Source of the DNA: an uncultured Verrucomicrobiales bacterium
GTDB lineage: Bacteria > Verrucomicrobiota > Verrucomicrobiia > Verrucomicrobiales > DEV007
Direction of reading: 5' to 3'
Length of the DNA: 37,398 nucleotides
NCBI GenBank assembly: GCA_938091905.1
Contig: CALKOM010000157.1
Coordinates: forward strand, 1 to 37,398
Below the pieces are notes generated by a model. The model made no database searches. It saw only the letters and a program-made list of their open reading frames with translations, and was not told the DNA's origin. Of this stretch, positions 1 to 9,796 are shown one piece after another. The position numbers and the translations under genes are program-made. Position 1 is the stretch's first letter. Each line of letters starts with the position of its first letter.

Positions 1-368
1 TGAGTGGCGAGTGTCGTCTGAGTGGCATCGCCATCGAGTAGGAGCCAGGCGCCACCTGGCAAATGCGCGCGAAGGGTCCCGGGATCTTGCCATGTGGGTT
101 TGGGAGTCCCCTGGTCTATGATGACTTGAGCGAAGTCCACCCACTGCTCCGCGGCGACTGCTACACGCGAAGCTTGTTTGCGGCGCTTGAGCGACCACGT
201 TGCGAAGGTGCCATACTTCAGGCCATGGAGCTTTGCGAAGGCAGCACCGCTCAGTCCACTGCGTTCGAATTCGTCGAGGATGGCTTCGCGCCTGGCCTTT
301 GGGACGCGGACACGCTTGAGGGTGTCGACTTTAAGGATTCGGTTATCAGAGGATTTCGAAGATGTCAT
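1..368 (-). CDS. tnpA: IS66 accessory protein TnpA (3'-partial)
   Basis: Manual translation from ATG 368: MTSSKSSDNRILKVDTLKRVRVPKARREAILDEFERSGLSGAAFAKLHGLKYGTFATWSLKRRKQ...TLRAHLPGGAWLLLD. It has the HTH pattern FERSGLSxxxF...TFxxW and a C-terminal LPGG, both typical of IS66 TnpA. It is open to the window edge, so absent from the ORF track. Confidence 0.85.
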   Translation of the reverse strand, partial: MTSSKSSDNRILKVDTLKRVRVPKARREAILDEFERSGLSGAAFAKLHGLKYGTFATWSLKRRKQASRVAVAAEQWVDFAQVIIDQGTPKPTWQDPGTLRAHLPGGAWLLLDGDATQTTLAT

Positions 369-407
369 AGCCGACAATTTAGGACGTCTCCGCTATTCTC
401 TGCTAGA

Positions 408-428
408 GGTGTGCCGGGGACCGCTTAC
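408..428 (-). repeat. IS66 left terminal inverted repeat (approximate length; partner outside window)
   Basis: GTAAGCGGTCCCCGGCACACC on the minus strand, at the junction with the ECF pseudogene. Confidence 0.7.
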
Positions 429-1906
429 GGTCGAAAGGCGCGCGGGGGTATTCGCGGTGTCACTTCCGATCTGAGACAGTGCGAGTGTTTGCTGCTTATC
501 GAATAACTTTTAATAAGCTTCTGTGGGCAAGATTTCGTCAGAAACGAAAAGGTCTGAAATGAGCCCTGCGATAGTAGGATCGCGAGATTTCTCTGCGCCA
601 GTGAGGGATGGGAGTTCGAAGTCCCCTTGTTCGAGGGTGGACTCATGCCATCTCAAGGCCGTGTGGGGCGATGTGTTGCCCCAAGCATTCAGGGCTTGGC
701 TTGGCTGAGATGGTTATCTTATAGACGCCCTCCGCCACTGACAGTTAGGTGCTTTTAGGCTGGCCTTGCGGCTCCCGCCGCGTCAATCGGAATGAGCCGT
801 TCGAAGAGCCGGTTGACAAGTGCGCGACGAGATTTGTTATCTAGGTCTTTTAGGGAAAAAGCTTCGTCAATTAGAGCGCTGAGGCGAGGCGCTCCCTCCT
901 TGGTGAGATCACTGAGTTTTTGCTCGTTCTCAGCCATGAGCATGAAATCACCGTCCTCTTTGGCTTCTCTGATGGACTCGGCCAGGGCTTTGGTATCAAC
1001 CTGGGTGGATGATCGCGGATCAAGGCGTCCTCGGGTGGATTGCGCTAAGATACGGTTGGGTGTGGCCTGGATTGAATTGAATTGTTATAGTCGGCTCCGT
1101 TTACTCATAAGCACGTAAGAGTGCTCCGTTCATTGGACCCTGTCTACTGCTGCCAACCCAAGGGGAGGCAAGGCAAGGAGAGCAAGTGTAGCAACGGTTT
1201 TAGTTGTGTTCATGGTAAGGAGGGCATTGATCAGCAGTTCCGAATGTGAAAGTGTTTAGGTTACGGACAAAGAGTCCGTTGCGAGGTTGGCGGTTAGCAG
1301 AGAGCGAGCAGCCTTAGCCATTTCTGAAGTGAGCATGGTGCCGAGAGAGACAGCAGTAACCACATGGCTGTGACGACCGCGTAGATCTGTCAGCCGATCG
1401 AGTGCACGACTCACATGCTTGCCTGCGGTTTCCACGGTTTCTGCCCATGGGCTGCTGAATTTCAGCAAGCTTTTGATCTTGATAGAACCATAGGAAGAGG
1501 ACTCTTCGATCACGTTCAGTGAGCTTGGTGAGGCCTTCGTCCAAGTCGCCAACGATACTGCCATTCTCTTCTATGGTTTGATTGGTGGAATCCACATGCT
1601 TTGCGAAAGCTTTCTTACGTGCGTCGCGGTTATCCTCGGTGCGTCTGTATTCGCAGCCTGAAGGCAAGTGGCGCGATGGGGCCATCCGGCAGGGCTACCG
1701 TCTTTCCGAAGCCTGGCCGCACGGCGGGCATGCACTGCGAAGACTAATTGGGTCACCTCTTTTGCAAGATGTGGATCACGAGTTCTGCGGAGAGTGGTGT
1801 GGTAAACGAGCTCTGCATGGGCTTACACCACTTCGGCAAAGGCTTCTTGTCAGTCTTCTTCGACAAAGCCCCGGGTGCGATCATGGTCTTGGTGAAGGGT
1901 GACCAT
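429..1906 (-). pseudogene. Degenerate ECF sigma-70 factor with long C-terminal extension, truncated by IS66
   Basis: From ATG 1906: MVTLHQDHDRTRGFVEED*QEAFAEVV*AHAELVYHTTLRRTRDPHLAKEVTQLVFAVHARRAARL...GWPHRAT (sigma region 2, stops at 1850-1852 and 1823-1825). A frameshift leads to LDEGLTKLTERDRRVLFLWFYQDQKLAEI (region 4), and a second to KHVSRALDRL. A TM segment (MNTTKTVATLALLAL..LGWQQ*) and broken extension fragments follow. Confidence 0.85.
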
Positions 1907-2057
1907 GGTATGTGTCTTCTCTAAGGACTGTCCACGAAGCGGGGAAAACCGGACAGAAACTTCCATCTTCGCAGTATAGCCGCTCAGTTTCTGAAATTAC
2001 TTCCTGGACTACCGCTGCTCGGCGCGCTATTTTTTTATTATTCTAAACGTGACGCCT

Positions 2058-3305
2058 ATGAAATTCTCTTCTCTTTGTGCGCTTCTTTCAATCTCAATCA
2101 GCCTGTCGTCAGCGTGGGCATTGCCTCAAGACTTTGGGAGCGGGAACTTTCTTCAGGGCGGGATGGCGATGGACGGGCGAGATCTTACTCCTGGATTCAT
2201 GGCTCCTGAGGCGTGGAACGGTAGCCAGGAACTCGATGGTTCTTGGCGGGATGCGTATGAGAATGGGCCGCGCAGGGTTCGGCACATCAAGGCTGCGCCT
2301 TATCTCTTTGGCCAAGTGCCAATCGGTGTCGAAGCGGTCTACCTGGGCAAGGCCTTGGAACGGATTTCTATCTACTACTTGGAGTCGGGAACTTTCTTTG
2401 GTTACGCTCCTGGGCTAAAAGATTCTGCGGCTAGGCAAGCGACGCTCAAGCAGAAGCAGCGCCAGTTTCGCAAGATCTTTACTAATTTGGAGAAGAGTTT
2501 ATCTTCTAACATTGAAGACCTGACGGGCGATCGCGGAAAGTCGGCTTCTGAGGGGAAGACGTCTCTATTCAAGCAGCGGTTTCATCAGTACGAGAAGGAT
2601 GGCCTAGCGGTGCAATTGCGCACGGCAAAAGACTTTTATGTGAGGGTGGATCTACGGAGGCGGGAGACGGTGCGCGAGAGTTTATTAAGCCCTGAACACG
2701 AGAGTGTTAGGAAGCGGGAACGTTTGAAGCGGCTCAAAGGGAATGTGAAGCAAGTGGCGACAGGCGATGTGCAAGTAGATGGCGTGCCAATGATCTATCA
2801 AGGTGGCAGGGCGTATTGTGGTATCACCACGTTTCTCATGGGAGCCCAGTATTTGGGAATCCAAGTTGATCCTGCAACCTTAGCGTCTGTGGCAGGTTTT
2901 CGCTATGGTCAGGGTGGCAAGAAGATGATCGAGGCCTACAATGCGGTAGCCAGGGAAGGTGGTATGCGATTGAAGCGTGCAACCAAAATCGACATCGAGC
3001 GCGTCCAGGTGTCGGTGGATGCCGGATTGCCTGTGTTAGTATGGCGTCATTACGACAAAGGGCGAAACCAGCTTCACATGAGGGCAACAGGCCGTGCCGG
3101 TGCGTTACCAGAGCCAGACGATTCTGATAAAGCTCGCTGGCCAGGAGTGGGGTCTCCTGCTCACGCTAGTGTGATCACAGGTTACAATCGCCAAACGAAT
3201 GAAGTCATCTTTGATGAAAGTTGGGGAGAACACGCCCGAGGGAAGCGCATGCGTGCCGAAGAACTAGAGGCTACTTCCTACTACGTGTTTTATTTCTCGG
3301 TGTAG
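2058..3305 (+). CDS. Exported protein with C-terminal peptidase C39-like (papain-fold) domain
   Basis: Signal peptide MKFSSLCALLSISISLSSAWA; QGGRAYC (Gln/Cys), HASVITGYN (His), ESWG. ATG 2058 preferred over GTG 2049. Confidence 0.75.
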   Translation: MKFSSLCALLSISISLSSAWALPQDFGSGNFLQGGMAMDGRDLTPGFMAPEAWNGSQELDGSWRDAYENGPRRVRHIKAAPYLFGQVPIGVEAVYLGKALERISIYYLESGTFFGYAPGLKDSAARQATLKQKQRQFRKIFTNLEKSLSSNIEDLTGDRGKSASEGKTSLFKQRFHQYEKDGLAVQLRTAKDFYVRVDLRRRETVRESLLSPEHESVRKRERLKRLKGNVKQVATGDVQVDGVPMIYQGGRAYCGITTFLMGAQYLGIQVDPATLASVAGFRYGQGGKKMIEAYNAVAREGGMRLKRATKIDIERVQVSVDAGLPVLVWRHYDKGRNQLHMRATGRAGALPEPDDSDKARWPGVGSPAHASVITGYNRQTNEVIFDESWGEHARGKRMRAEELEATSYYVFYFSV

Positions 3306-3693
3306 CCCTCGATTCCGTCGAGAAGGAGTCACCAGAAGACCTTCAGTGGGTTGCTCTTGTCTGCTTTGGGGCGGTTTTCGGGTGGAAGTCATTCTCTTGG
3401 AGGTCACCCTTGCCCTTTTGATGCCCACTGATGAGGGGATCATGACGAGTTGACTGGGTGGCTGTAATTAGTTTAAGACGAAGAATGAGGGGCATTTCTT
3501 CCTGGATACTCTGCCGGAGTGAAATGGGGGGTGATCAGGTCGCTTCCTTTTCCTAGCCAACCATGCCAGAGTTTGCCACCAGTCTGACCTGTATTGCTGC
3601 GGCTTACGAGCGGTTCGCTTTACAGGTATGTGCGTATTGGTGGACAAGAGCTTGAGAAGTCTGAGAACTCGCTGAATGATCCCAGCGAGACTT

Positions 3694-5088
3694 ATGAGTG
3701 ATCAACGTATTGAGAAAGATTCGATGGGTGAAATGCCCGTGCCCGCAGACGCGCTGTATGGTGCGTCTACCCAACGAGCTGTGCTAAATTTCCCGGTCGC
3801 GGGACGCGGTTTCGATCGTTCCATGATCCGAGCCATGGGCCTGATCAAATGGGCGGCTGCGCTTGCGAATAAGGACCTTGGTGTGGTGCCAGCAGACAAG
3901 TGCGATCTCATTGCACAAGCAGCAGAGCAGGTCGTGAATGGTGAGCATGACCAGCATTTCGTGGTCGATGTGTATCAAACGGGATCGGGAACTAGTACTA
4001 ACATGAATGCGAACGAGGTGATTGCGAATCTTTGCTCAAAGATCGCTGGTCAACCTATTGGGTCTAAGGAGCCGGTTCATCCGAATGACCATGTGAACCA
4101 AGGGCAGTCCAGCAATGATACGATCCCAACGGCGATTCACATCGCTACGGCAGAATCCTTGAAGAACACGCTTCTCCCACAGCTGACAGCCCTTCAAGTG
4201 TCACTCAACGAGAAGGCAGTCGCCTTTCACGATGTGCTCAAGATCGGGCGTACCCATCTGATGGATGCGACGCCTGTTCGTCTTGGGCAAGAGTTTGCGG
4301 GGTACGCTCGTCAGCTCGAACTCTCTTGTGATCGTGTTCACAAGGCGATCGAGGCTTTGCTAGAGCTTCCTTTGGGTGGCACCGCTGTGGGAACGGGACT
4401 CAATTGCCATCCTGAATTTCCACCCAAGGCCATCGCCTTCATTGCAAAACAGACAGGAATCGATTTCAAGGAAGCCAAAGATCATTTCGAAGCCCAAGCG
4501 GCGAAAGATGCCTTGGTTGAAGCCAGTGGTCAGCTCAAGACGATCGCGACTTCGCTATTCAAGATTGCCAACGATGTGCGTTGGCTCGGTAGTGGGCCGC
4601 GTTGTGGAATCGGCGAGATCAGTTTGCCATCGACCCAGCCGGGTAGCTCCATCATGCCAGGCAAGGTGAATCCTGTAATGTGCGAGTCTCTCATGCAAGT
4701 GGCTGCGCGTGTCATGGGTAATGATTCTTCTGTGACGTGGGCAGCAGCGAATGGAAATTTCGAATTGAATGTGATGATGCCAGTGCTCGCCGATAGTTTG
4801 CTAGAAAGCATCAACCTTCTGGCCAACGCCTCTCTGATCTTCCGAGAGCGTTGTGTCAACGGGATCGAAGCGAACGAAGCTCGTTGTAACGAGCTAATCG
4901 AATACAGTATGTCCATGGTGACGAGCCTAGCTCCGGTCATCGGCTACGATACGGCGGCCAAGATAGCAAAGCAATCAGTTGAGACTGGCAAGACTGTTCG
5001 TGAGCTTTGTGTCGAGATGGAGGTCATGCCTCCAGATGAACTGAAAGCTGCACTTGATCCGGCAACGATGACTGCACCTTCTGCCTAA
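3694..5088 (+). CDS. fumC: Class II fumarate hydratase
   Basis: RIEKDSMG, QTGSGTSTNMNANEV, HPNDHVN, GRTHLMDATP and the signature GSSIMPGKVNP. Confidence 0.93.
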   Translation: MSDQRIEKDSMGEMPVPADALYGASTQRAVLNFPVAGRGFDRSMIRAMGLIKWAAALANKDLGVVPADKCDLIAQAAEQVVNGEHDQHFVVDVYQTGSGTSTNMNANEVIANLCSKIAGQPIGSKEPVHPNDHVNQGQSSNDTIPTAIHIATAESLKNTLLPQLTALQVSLNEKAVAFHDVLKIGRTHLMDATPVRLGQEFAGYARQLELSCDRVHKAIEALLELPLGGTAVGTGLNCHPEFPPKAIAFIAKQTGIDFKEAKDHFEAQAAKDALVEASGQLKTIATSLFKIANDVRWLGSGPRCGIGEISLPSTQPGSSIMPGKVNPVMCESLMQVAARVMGNDSSVTWAAANGNFELNVMMPVLADSLLESINLLANASLIFRERCVNGIEANEARCNELIEYSMSMVTSLAPVIGYDTAAKIAKQSVETGKTVRELCVEMEVMPPDELKAALDPATMTAPSA

Positions 5089-5097
5089 CTTGATAAG

Positions 5098-6189
5098 ATG
5101 CGTACTGAAGCCGAGCGCTTACTTAAGCTTTACTCCGAAACTCCGGGTGCCTCAGGAAATGAGGAACTCGTGAGGAAAGTGTTCTGCCAGGAACTCAATG
5201 GTCATGCCTTCTCTGCGGATCGCACTGGTTGTGTCCTTGCCGCCCGCGATGGTGATCCCAAGGACGGGCCTCGGGTTATGCTCACTGCGCACATGGATGA
5301 GGTTGGGTTTATGGTGCAGAATATCACCAAGACTGGGTTTATCGAAATTGTTCCGTTGGGTGGATGGTGGCCACACGTCGTCCTTGCTCAGGGAGTCATC
5401 GTGATGGCCGCGAGTGGCAGGGCTATTCCTGGCTGTGTGGCCTCGATTCCTCCGCATCAGTTAGGTGAGGGTGCTGCTTCTAAGGTGATGGCCCTCGATA
5501 AAATGTCGATCGACATTGGGGGTGATAGTCGGGAACAAGTGATGGAGGAGTTTGGTGTTCAGCTAGGTGATTCCATTGTTCCGGCCACGAAATTTAAGTC
5601 TCTGGCTCATCCTGATCGGTTTCTTGGTAAGGCTTTTGATAATAGGGTAGGGATGGCGCTGCTCACTCAGTCAATGTGCGCACTAAAAAAGAAGAAGCTT
5701 CCCAACCAGCTCCTTGGTGTAGCGACCGTGCAGGAAGAGGTTGGATGTCGTGGCGCTGTAACCGCTTCAGCACTTGCCAAGCCGGACGTGGCGCTGGTGC
5801 TCGAGGGGCCGCCCGCTGATGACACACCAGGAATGAATCGCGATGATGCTCAGGGGGCTCTTGGTGAAGGCGTGCAACTGCGTGTGATGGATCCGCGGGC
5901 CTTGTCTAGCCGGCGCCTCGTGGACTTCGTTGTCTCCCATGCAAAGGGCGCAGGGATAGATCACCAGGTGACTGTGCGTCGAGGTGGAGGGACGGACGCC
6001 AGCGCCATCCATCTCCATGATCAAGGTGTTCCGAGCATTGTTCTTGGTGTGCCTACGCGTTACATCCACTCTCATCATTCGATTCTCCAGATTACGGATT
6101 ACTTAGAGGCGATGAAGTTGATCGACGTGCTGGTGCGTGCGTTCGACGCAGAGGCCGTGAACGATCTGACAGACTTCTTGCGAGCCTAA
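5098..6189 (+). CDS. M42 family metallo-aminopeptidase (TET/FrvX-like)
   Basis: HMDEVG, KAFDNR, QEEVG, GGTDA and RYIHS motifs. Confidence 0.92.
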   Translation: MRTEAERLLKLYSETPGASGNEELVRKVFCQELNGHAFSADRTGCVLAARDGDPKDGPRVMLTAHMDEVGFMVQNITKTGFIEIVPLGGWWPHVVLAQGVIVMAASGRAIPGCVASIPPHQLGEGAASKVMALDKMSIDIGGDSREQVMEEFGVQLGDSIVPATKFKSLAHPDRFLGKAFDNRVGMALLTQSMCALKKKKLPNQLLGVATVQEEVGCRGAVTASALAKPDVALVLEGPPADDTPGMNRDDAQGALGEGVQLRVMDPRALSSRRLVDFVVSHAKGAGIDHQVTVRRGGGTDASAIHLHDQGVPSIVLGVPTRYIHSHHSILQITDYLEAMKLIDVLVRAFDAEAVNDLTDFLRA

Positions 6190-6202
6190 CGCTCAAGCAT
6201 TC

Positions 6203-7639
6203 ATGAGGGGGATCCTTCAGGCCGTCCTCTTCATGGCAATTGCCTTGGGCCTTTACCTCGAACACAACGATTGGCCAGCGGTTTATCACCATGATGAGCC
6301 AAGTAAGGTTGCCCAGCTTCAGCGCGACGAGCGGAATCTGAATCATCCGCTTCTTCTCCTGGAAGTCACGGATGCCGTTTGTCGGGTTTCTGGGGTTTCA
6401 CGAGTTGATGACGTTGGGATCGTGGCTTGCGGTCGAGCGGTGTCAGCCTTCTGTATGGCCGTAGCCATTGGTATGTTATCGCTTGCGGCAACTAATCGCT
6501 TGGGTTTACTCGCTGGCTTCGCGGTGGGAATCGTGTGCGTCTTGTACTTTCGATTCTATGAGGTGGGGCACTATTTTAAGGAAGACACGCCCTATTTACT
6601 TGGAGTTGCCTCGGTGCTCTGGGCGTTAACAACTACGAAGCACACTGCTGTTTACATGGGCTTGGCGATAGGCATTGCCGCAGCCTCGAAGTACGCCGGG
6701 ATTAGCTTACTGGCTGTGGGCTGGTTAGTGACCACGGAGAAGCGGAAATTGATCGCAAGTACTGTGGCCGTAATCACACTCGTTCATTTGCGCCTCTTGA
6801 TGATTGATAATCCGTTTGGAGTGCTTGCAGACTCGTTGATGCGGGAGGCGTCGTGGTTGATACATGGGCACAAGGGGATCGGCAGCTCGTTGCCCAACAT
6901 CGGCTATTTCTGGAGGCTCATCTACGAACTGGGAATTCATGGATTGGTGTTGTTAGGACTTTGGGGGCTGTCTTGGAAGAGGCTCAGTCGTTCTGACTAC
7001 GTAGTTTTGTCTTACATAGGGGTCTATTTCGTGGTGCTCCTATCTACAAGAAAGTACTCCGAACGTTACCTCCTGCCAGTGATGATGATCGCACTCTATT
7101 ACGTTGGGCTGCAAGTAGCGATGCTTGTACGACGAGTGCCTGCTCGTTTTCGATGGGGAAAGTTGGGTGTGGCGGTTGTGTTGTTTGCTAGTATAGTCGT
7201 GCCTTGGTATCCCTGGCTAGTGTCCCATCGGAATGCGTTTGGTGGTGATAGCCGATCAGGGCTCTGCCAGTACATTGCTGAGAAGATGCCAGCGGCAGCA
7301 GTCATTGTTGCTGATGCCGCTGCCGAGATCGAAGCGGCCCAGCGGTGGAGGGGCGACCGTGCATCCAAGATTGAGGCTGCCGAGTATGCGCCGAGCCTTG
7401 GATCCTTGGAGGATCTCAGAGCCCGTGGTGTTACTCACGTTGTCATTTGCTATGACACCTACCACCGTTTCCTCGTGGACGGAGCGACGGTCGATCCGTC
7501 CAGGATGGAGGAATGGACGGCTGCCTTGAAGTTTTACCGACGTTTAAAGAAGGAAACGCCGCTGTGGTGTGCGGCACCAAGAGATCCGAAGCCTCTGCAT
7601 CCAGGGCTTGAACTTTACGCCATGCCCGGCAAGCTCTAG
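6203..7639 (+). CDS. GT-C superfamily (ArnT/PMT, GT39/GT83-like) lipid-carrier-dependent glycosyltransferase
   Basis: Multi-pass membrane protein with HHDE after TM1, NHPLL, YFKED, ASKY and ERYLLP, plus a soluble C-terminal domain. Confidence 0.75.
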   Translation: MRGILQAVLFMAIALGLYLEHNDWPAVYHHDEPSKVAQLQRDERNLNHPLLLLEVTDAVCRVSGVSRVDDVGIVACGRAVSAFCMAVAIGMLSLAATNRLGLLAGFAVGIVCVLYFRFYEVGHYFKEDTPYLLGVASVLWALTTTKHTAVYMGLAIGIAAASKYAGISLLAVGWLVTTEKRKLIASTVAVITLVHLRLLMIDNPFGVLADSLMREASWLIHGHKGIGSSLPNIGYFWRLIYELGIHGLVLLGLWGLSWKRLSRSDYVVLSYIGVYFVVLLSTRKYSERYLLPVMMIALYYVGLQVAMLVRRVPARFRWGKLGVAVVLFASIVVPWYPWLVSHRNAFGGDSRSGLCQYIAEKMPAAAVIVADAAAEIEAAQRWRGDRASKIEAAEYAPSLGSLEDLRARGVTHVVICYDTYHRFLVDGATVDPSRMEEWTAALKFYRRLKKETPLWCAAPRDPKPLHPGLELYAMPGKL

Positions 7640-7652
7640 GCCATTCCTCAAT

Positions 7653-8621
7653 ATGGACTATCTTCTCGGTTACTACATCCATCGGATGGATCCCTTCATC
7701 TTCCATATCACGGAAACCTTTGGTCCTAGATGGTATGGTTTTGCCTACTTGCTAGCCTTTATCGTGGGGATTCTCTTTCTCCGTTATCTGTCACGCCGAG
7801 GCTATTGCCAGATTCCGGAAGATAAAGTTACGGACTTTATCGTCTATACGGCAATTTTTGGAGTGATGATAGGAGGCCGTTTAGGGTTCTTTTTATTCTA
7901 TCGCTTTGAGGAATTCCTCGTTGACCCGTTGGTGTTCTTTCGCTTTCAAGAGGGCGGTATGGCAAGTCACGGTGGTATTCTTGGGGTGGTCGCCTTTACC
8001 TTCTACTACTCCTGGCGCAACAAGATTTCTTGGCCACATATTGGAGACTGCTTGGTACCTATTGCCCCTGTGGGGATCGGCTTTGGGCGTTTGGCGAATT
8101 TCGTAAATGGTGAACTTATCGGGCGCCCAACCACGGTTTCTTGGGCGGTGCAGTTTTCTGAGGAGATGAAACTGGGCCCAGACCACGGATTGGATCGTGA
8201 GACCTATTACCAGATCATCGACGAGGTCGATCAGGTCCTTCCGGAGGCGCAGGTGACGACGGCAGATCAAGTCATCGAGGCTGCGCGGCACGTTCCAGAG
8301 GTGCTGCCGATACTCGCGAGCTACCTCACACCACGGCATCCCTCACAACTATACCAGGCCTTTCTCGAAGGTTTCTTGATCGCCGGGGTTCTTATGGTCG
8401 TGCGCCTCAAATGGAAAGACCTGCCCTATGGACTATTGACCGGAGTCTTCTTTATCATCTACGCAATCATGCGAATGGTTGGCGAAACTTTCCGCGAACC
8501 TGATGCAACTCTTTTGTTAGGTCTGACGCGCGGCCAGTTTTACTCCTCTTTTATGATCTTGATCGGAGCCGCCTTTGTTCTCTATGCCATTCGCGCATCC
8601 AGTCGCGAGGGGCATTCGTGA
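7653..8621 (+). CDS. lgt: Prolipoprotein diacylglyceryl transferase
   Basis: RWYG, GGRLG, GGMASHGG, GRLANFVNGELIGR, RHPSQLY and ETFREPD. Start moved to ATG 7653 to avoid overlap with the upstream gene. Confidence 0.95.
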   Translation: MDYLLGYYIHRMDPFIFHITETFGPRWYGFAYLLAFIVGILFLRYLSRRGYCQIPEDKVTDFIVYTAIFGVMIGGRLGFFLFYRFEEFLVDPLVFFRFQEGGMASHGGILGVVAFTFYYSWRNKISWPHIGDCLVPIAPVGIGFGRLANFVNGELIGRPTTVSWAVQFSEEMKLGPDHGLDRETYYQIIDEVDQVLPEAQVTTADQVIEAARHVPEVLPILASYLTPRHPSQLYQAFLEGFLIAGVLMVVRLKWKDLPYGLLTGVFFIIYAIMRMVGETFREPDATLLLGLTRGQFYSSFMILIGAAFVLYAIRASSREGHS

Positions 8622-9078
8622 GGTGTGAACGGGTGCCGTTCTGTTGAAGTGGGCGCGTCTTTGATTCCGCAGAAGCGGCTGCAGCTAGTTGCTTGGCTTT
8701 ATGCTCTTTGACGGTCTTTCGATGTTTCTCGATGACATTTTTGAGGTTAGAAAGGCCGATTGGTTTAGTGAGAAAGTCCAGGGCGCCTGTTTCTAGCATT
8801 TCGCCGGAACACTTGCTTTCGCCGCTCATGCCAATCATGCTATGAATGTGATGGCCTCGGCGAACGAGGTCCGTACCAGACTGTTCGGGAAGATTCCGGT
8901 CTGCGAGAACCAAGTCAGGCGAAGTCGAGTGCAGGAAACGTTCGGCGGCACTGACGTCACTGCATTCAGACACTTGGAAGCCTAGATGTTTTAGTGCGTA
9001 GGCAAGGAAACGACGGATATCCATATCGTCTTCGACGATGAGAACGGATTGGTTTGAATCTGATGATGAGGTATTCAT
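8551..9078 (-). CDS. Single-domain response regulator (REC) with C-terminal tail
   Basis: LIVEDD, LADRNLP (phosphoacceptor Asp), MSG and FLTKP; no output domain. Probable start MNTSSS at 9078. Confidence 0.85.
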   Translation of the reverse strand: MNTSSSDSNQSVLIVEDDMDIRRFLAYALKHLGFQVSECSDVSAAERFLHSTSPDLVLADRNLPEQSGTDLVRRGHHIHSMIGMSGESKCSGEMLETGALDFLTKPIGLSNLKNVIEKHRKTVKEHKAKQLAAAASAESKTRPLQQNGTRSHLTNAPRDWMREWHREQRRLRSRS

Positions 9079-9796
9079 TGGTTTAATCGGGATGAGGATT
9101 CCCATTAAGATACTCCATCGAGATGGTGCTGCCTGCTGAGCCAAGCGAATTTGCCGGATGGGGTGAACTCCGTCTCTTTCCATAGCGGGATTCTCAGATT
9201 CGCGCTTCGACCCGACTAGATTTCTGGGAATCCTGGCAGGCTTTTGACAAAGCTATGAGTGTTCCTGCTACACACGCGGCTATGAGCTAGTTAGGCTTTT
9301 AGGACCATTCACCGTTGATCAGATTTCAACAACCCCAGTAGAGGGTCATCGTTGCGGCGTGAAAAATGAATTGCTAGATTGGTTGAAAGGAGAAATTTTA
9401 AAAGTTGGCTTATGACATTTTGATGGTCATGGAATCGTTGCTGGTTGGAAGCGCGTAAAAGTCGAGTCTTGTCGTCTTCCAGCCCTCAGCGCCGGGCGTG
9501 GGGTTATTTGGCAAGCCGTTCGGGTTTGCGATCTGGTGACATGGCCAGTGCTGTGTAGTGAATTTGGAGGGCGTGTTATCCGGCTTCAGGTGGGTTTCGA
9601 GAATGGCCTTGCACTGGCGGTTGGAAAACCTTAACTTACGATTGTTCGGTGAAAGCCGGACTAGGGGTTGAAGGGGCAGCCACTTGGTTATTTTTGACGA
9701 GCAATGGGGGTTACTCGTTTTAGCCAGGGGGTTGCCTCACCACCTACCCAGTGTCTGAGAAGTCCGGGATTATTATTTGAGTGAGTCGCCTTCTAC

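Larger units (their letters stand above)
1..428 (-). mobile_element. IS66-family insertion sequence, left end (runs off window start)
   Basis: The minus strand from 428 reads GTAAGCGGTCCCCGGCACACC, the GTAAG start typical of IS66 terminal IRs. A TnpA-like ORF begins 60 bp further on. Confidence 0.85.

Noticed and set aside
63..506. Plus-strand ORFs of 147 and 98 aa
   Set aside because: Antisense shadows of IS66 tnpA and its junction.
3428..3490. CTGATGAG resembling a hammerhead ribozyme core
   Set aside because: No stem II followed by GAAA, and no closing stems.
9645..9685. GAAA-tetraloop hairpin suggestive of a c-di-GMP riboswitch
   Set aside because: The other conserved elements are missing, and it is on the wrong strand for the adjacent gene.
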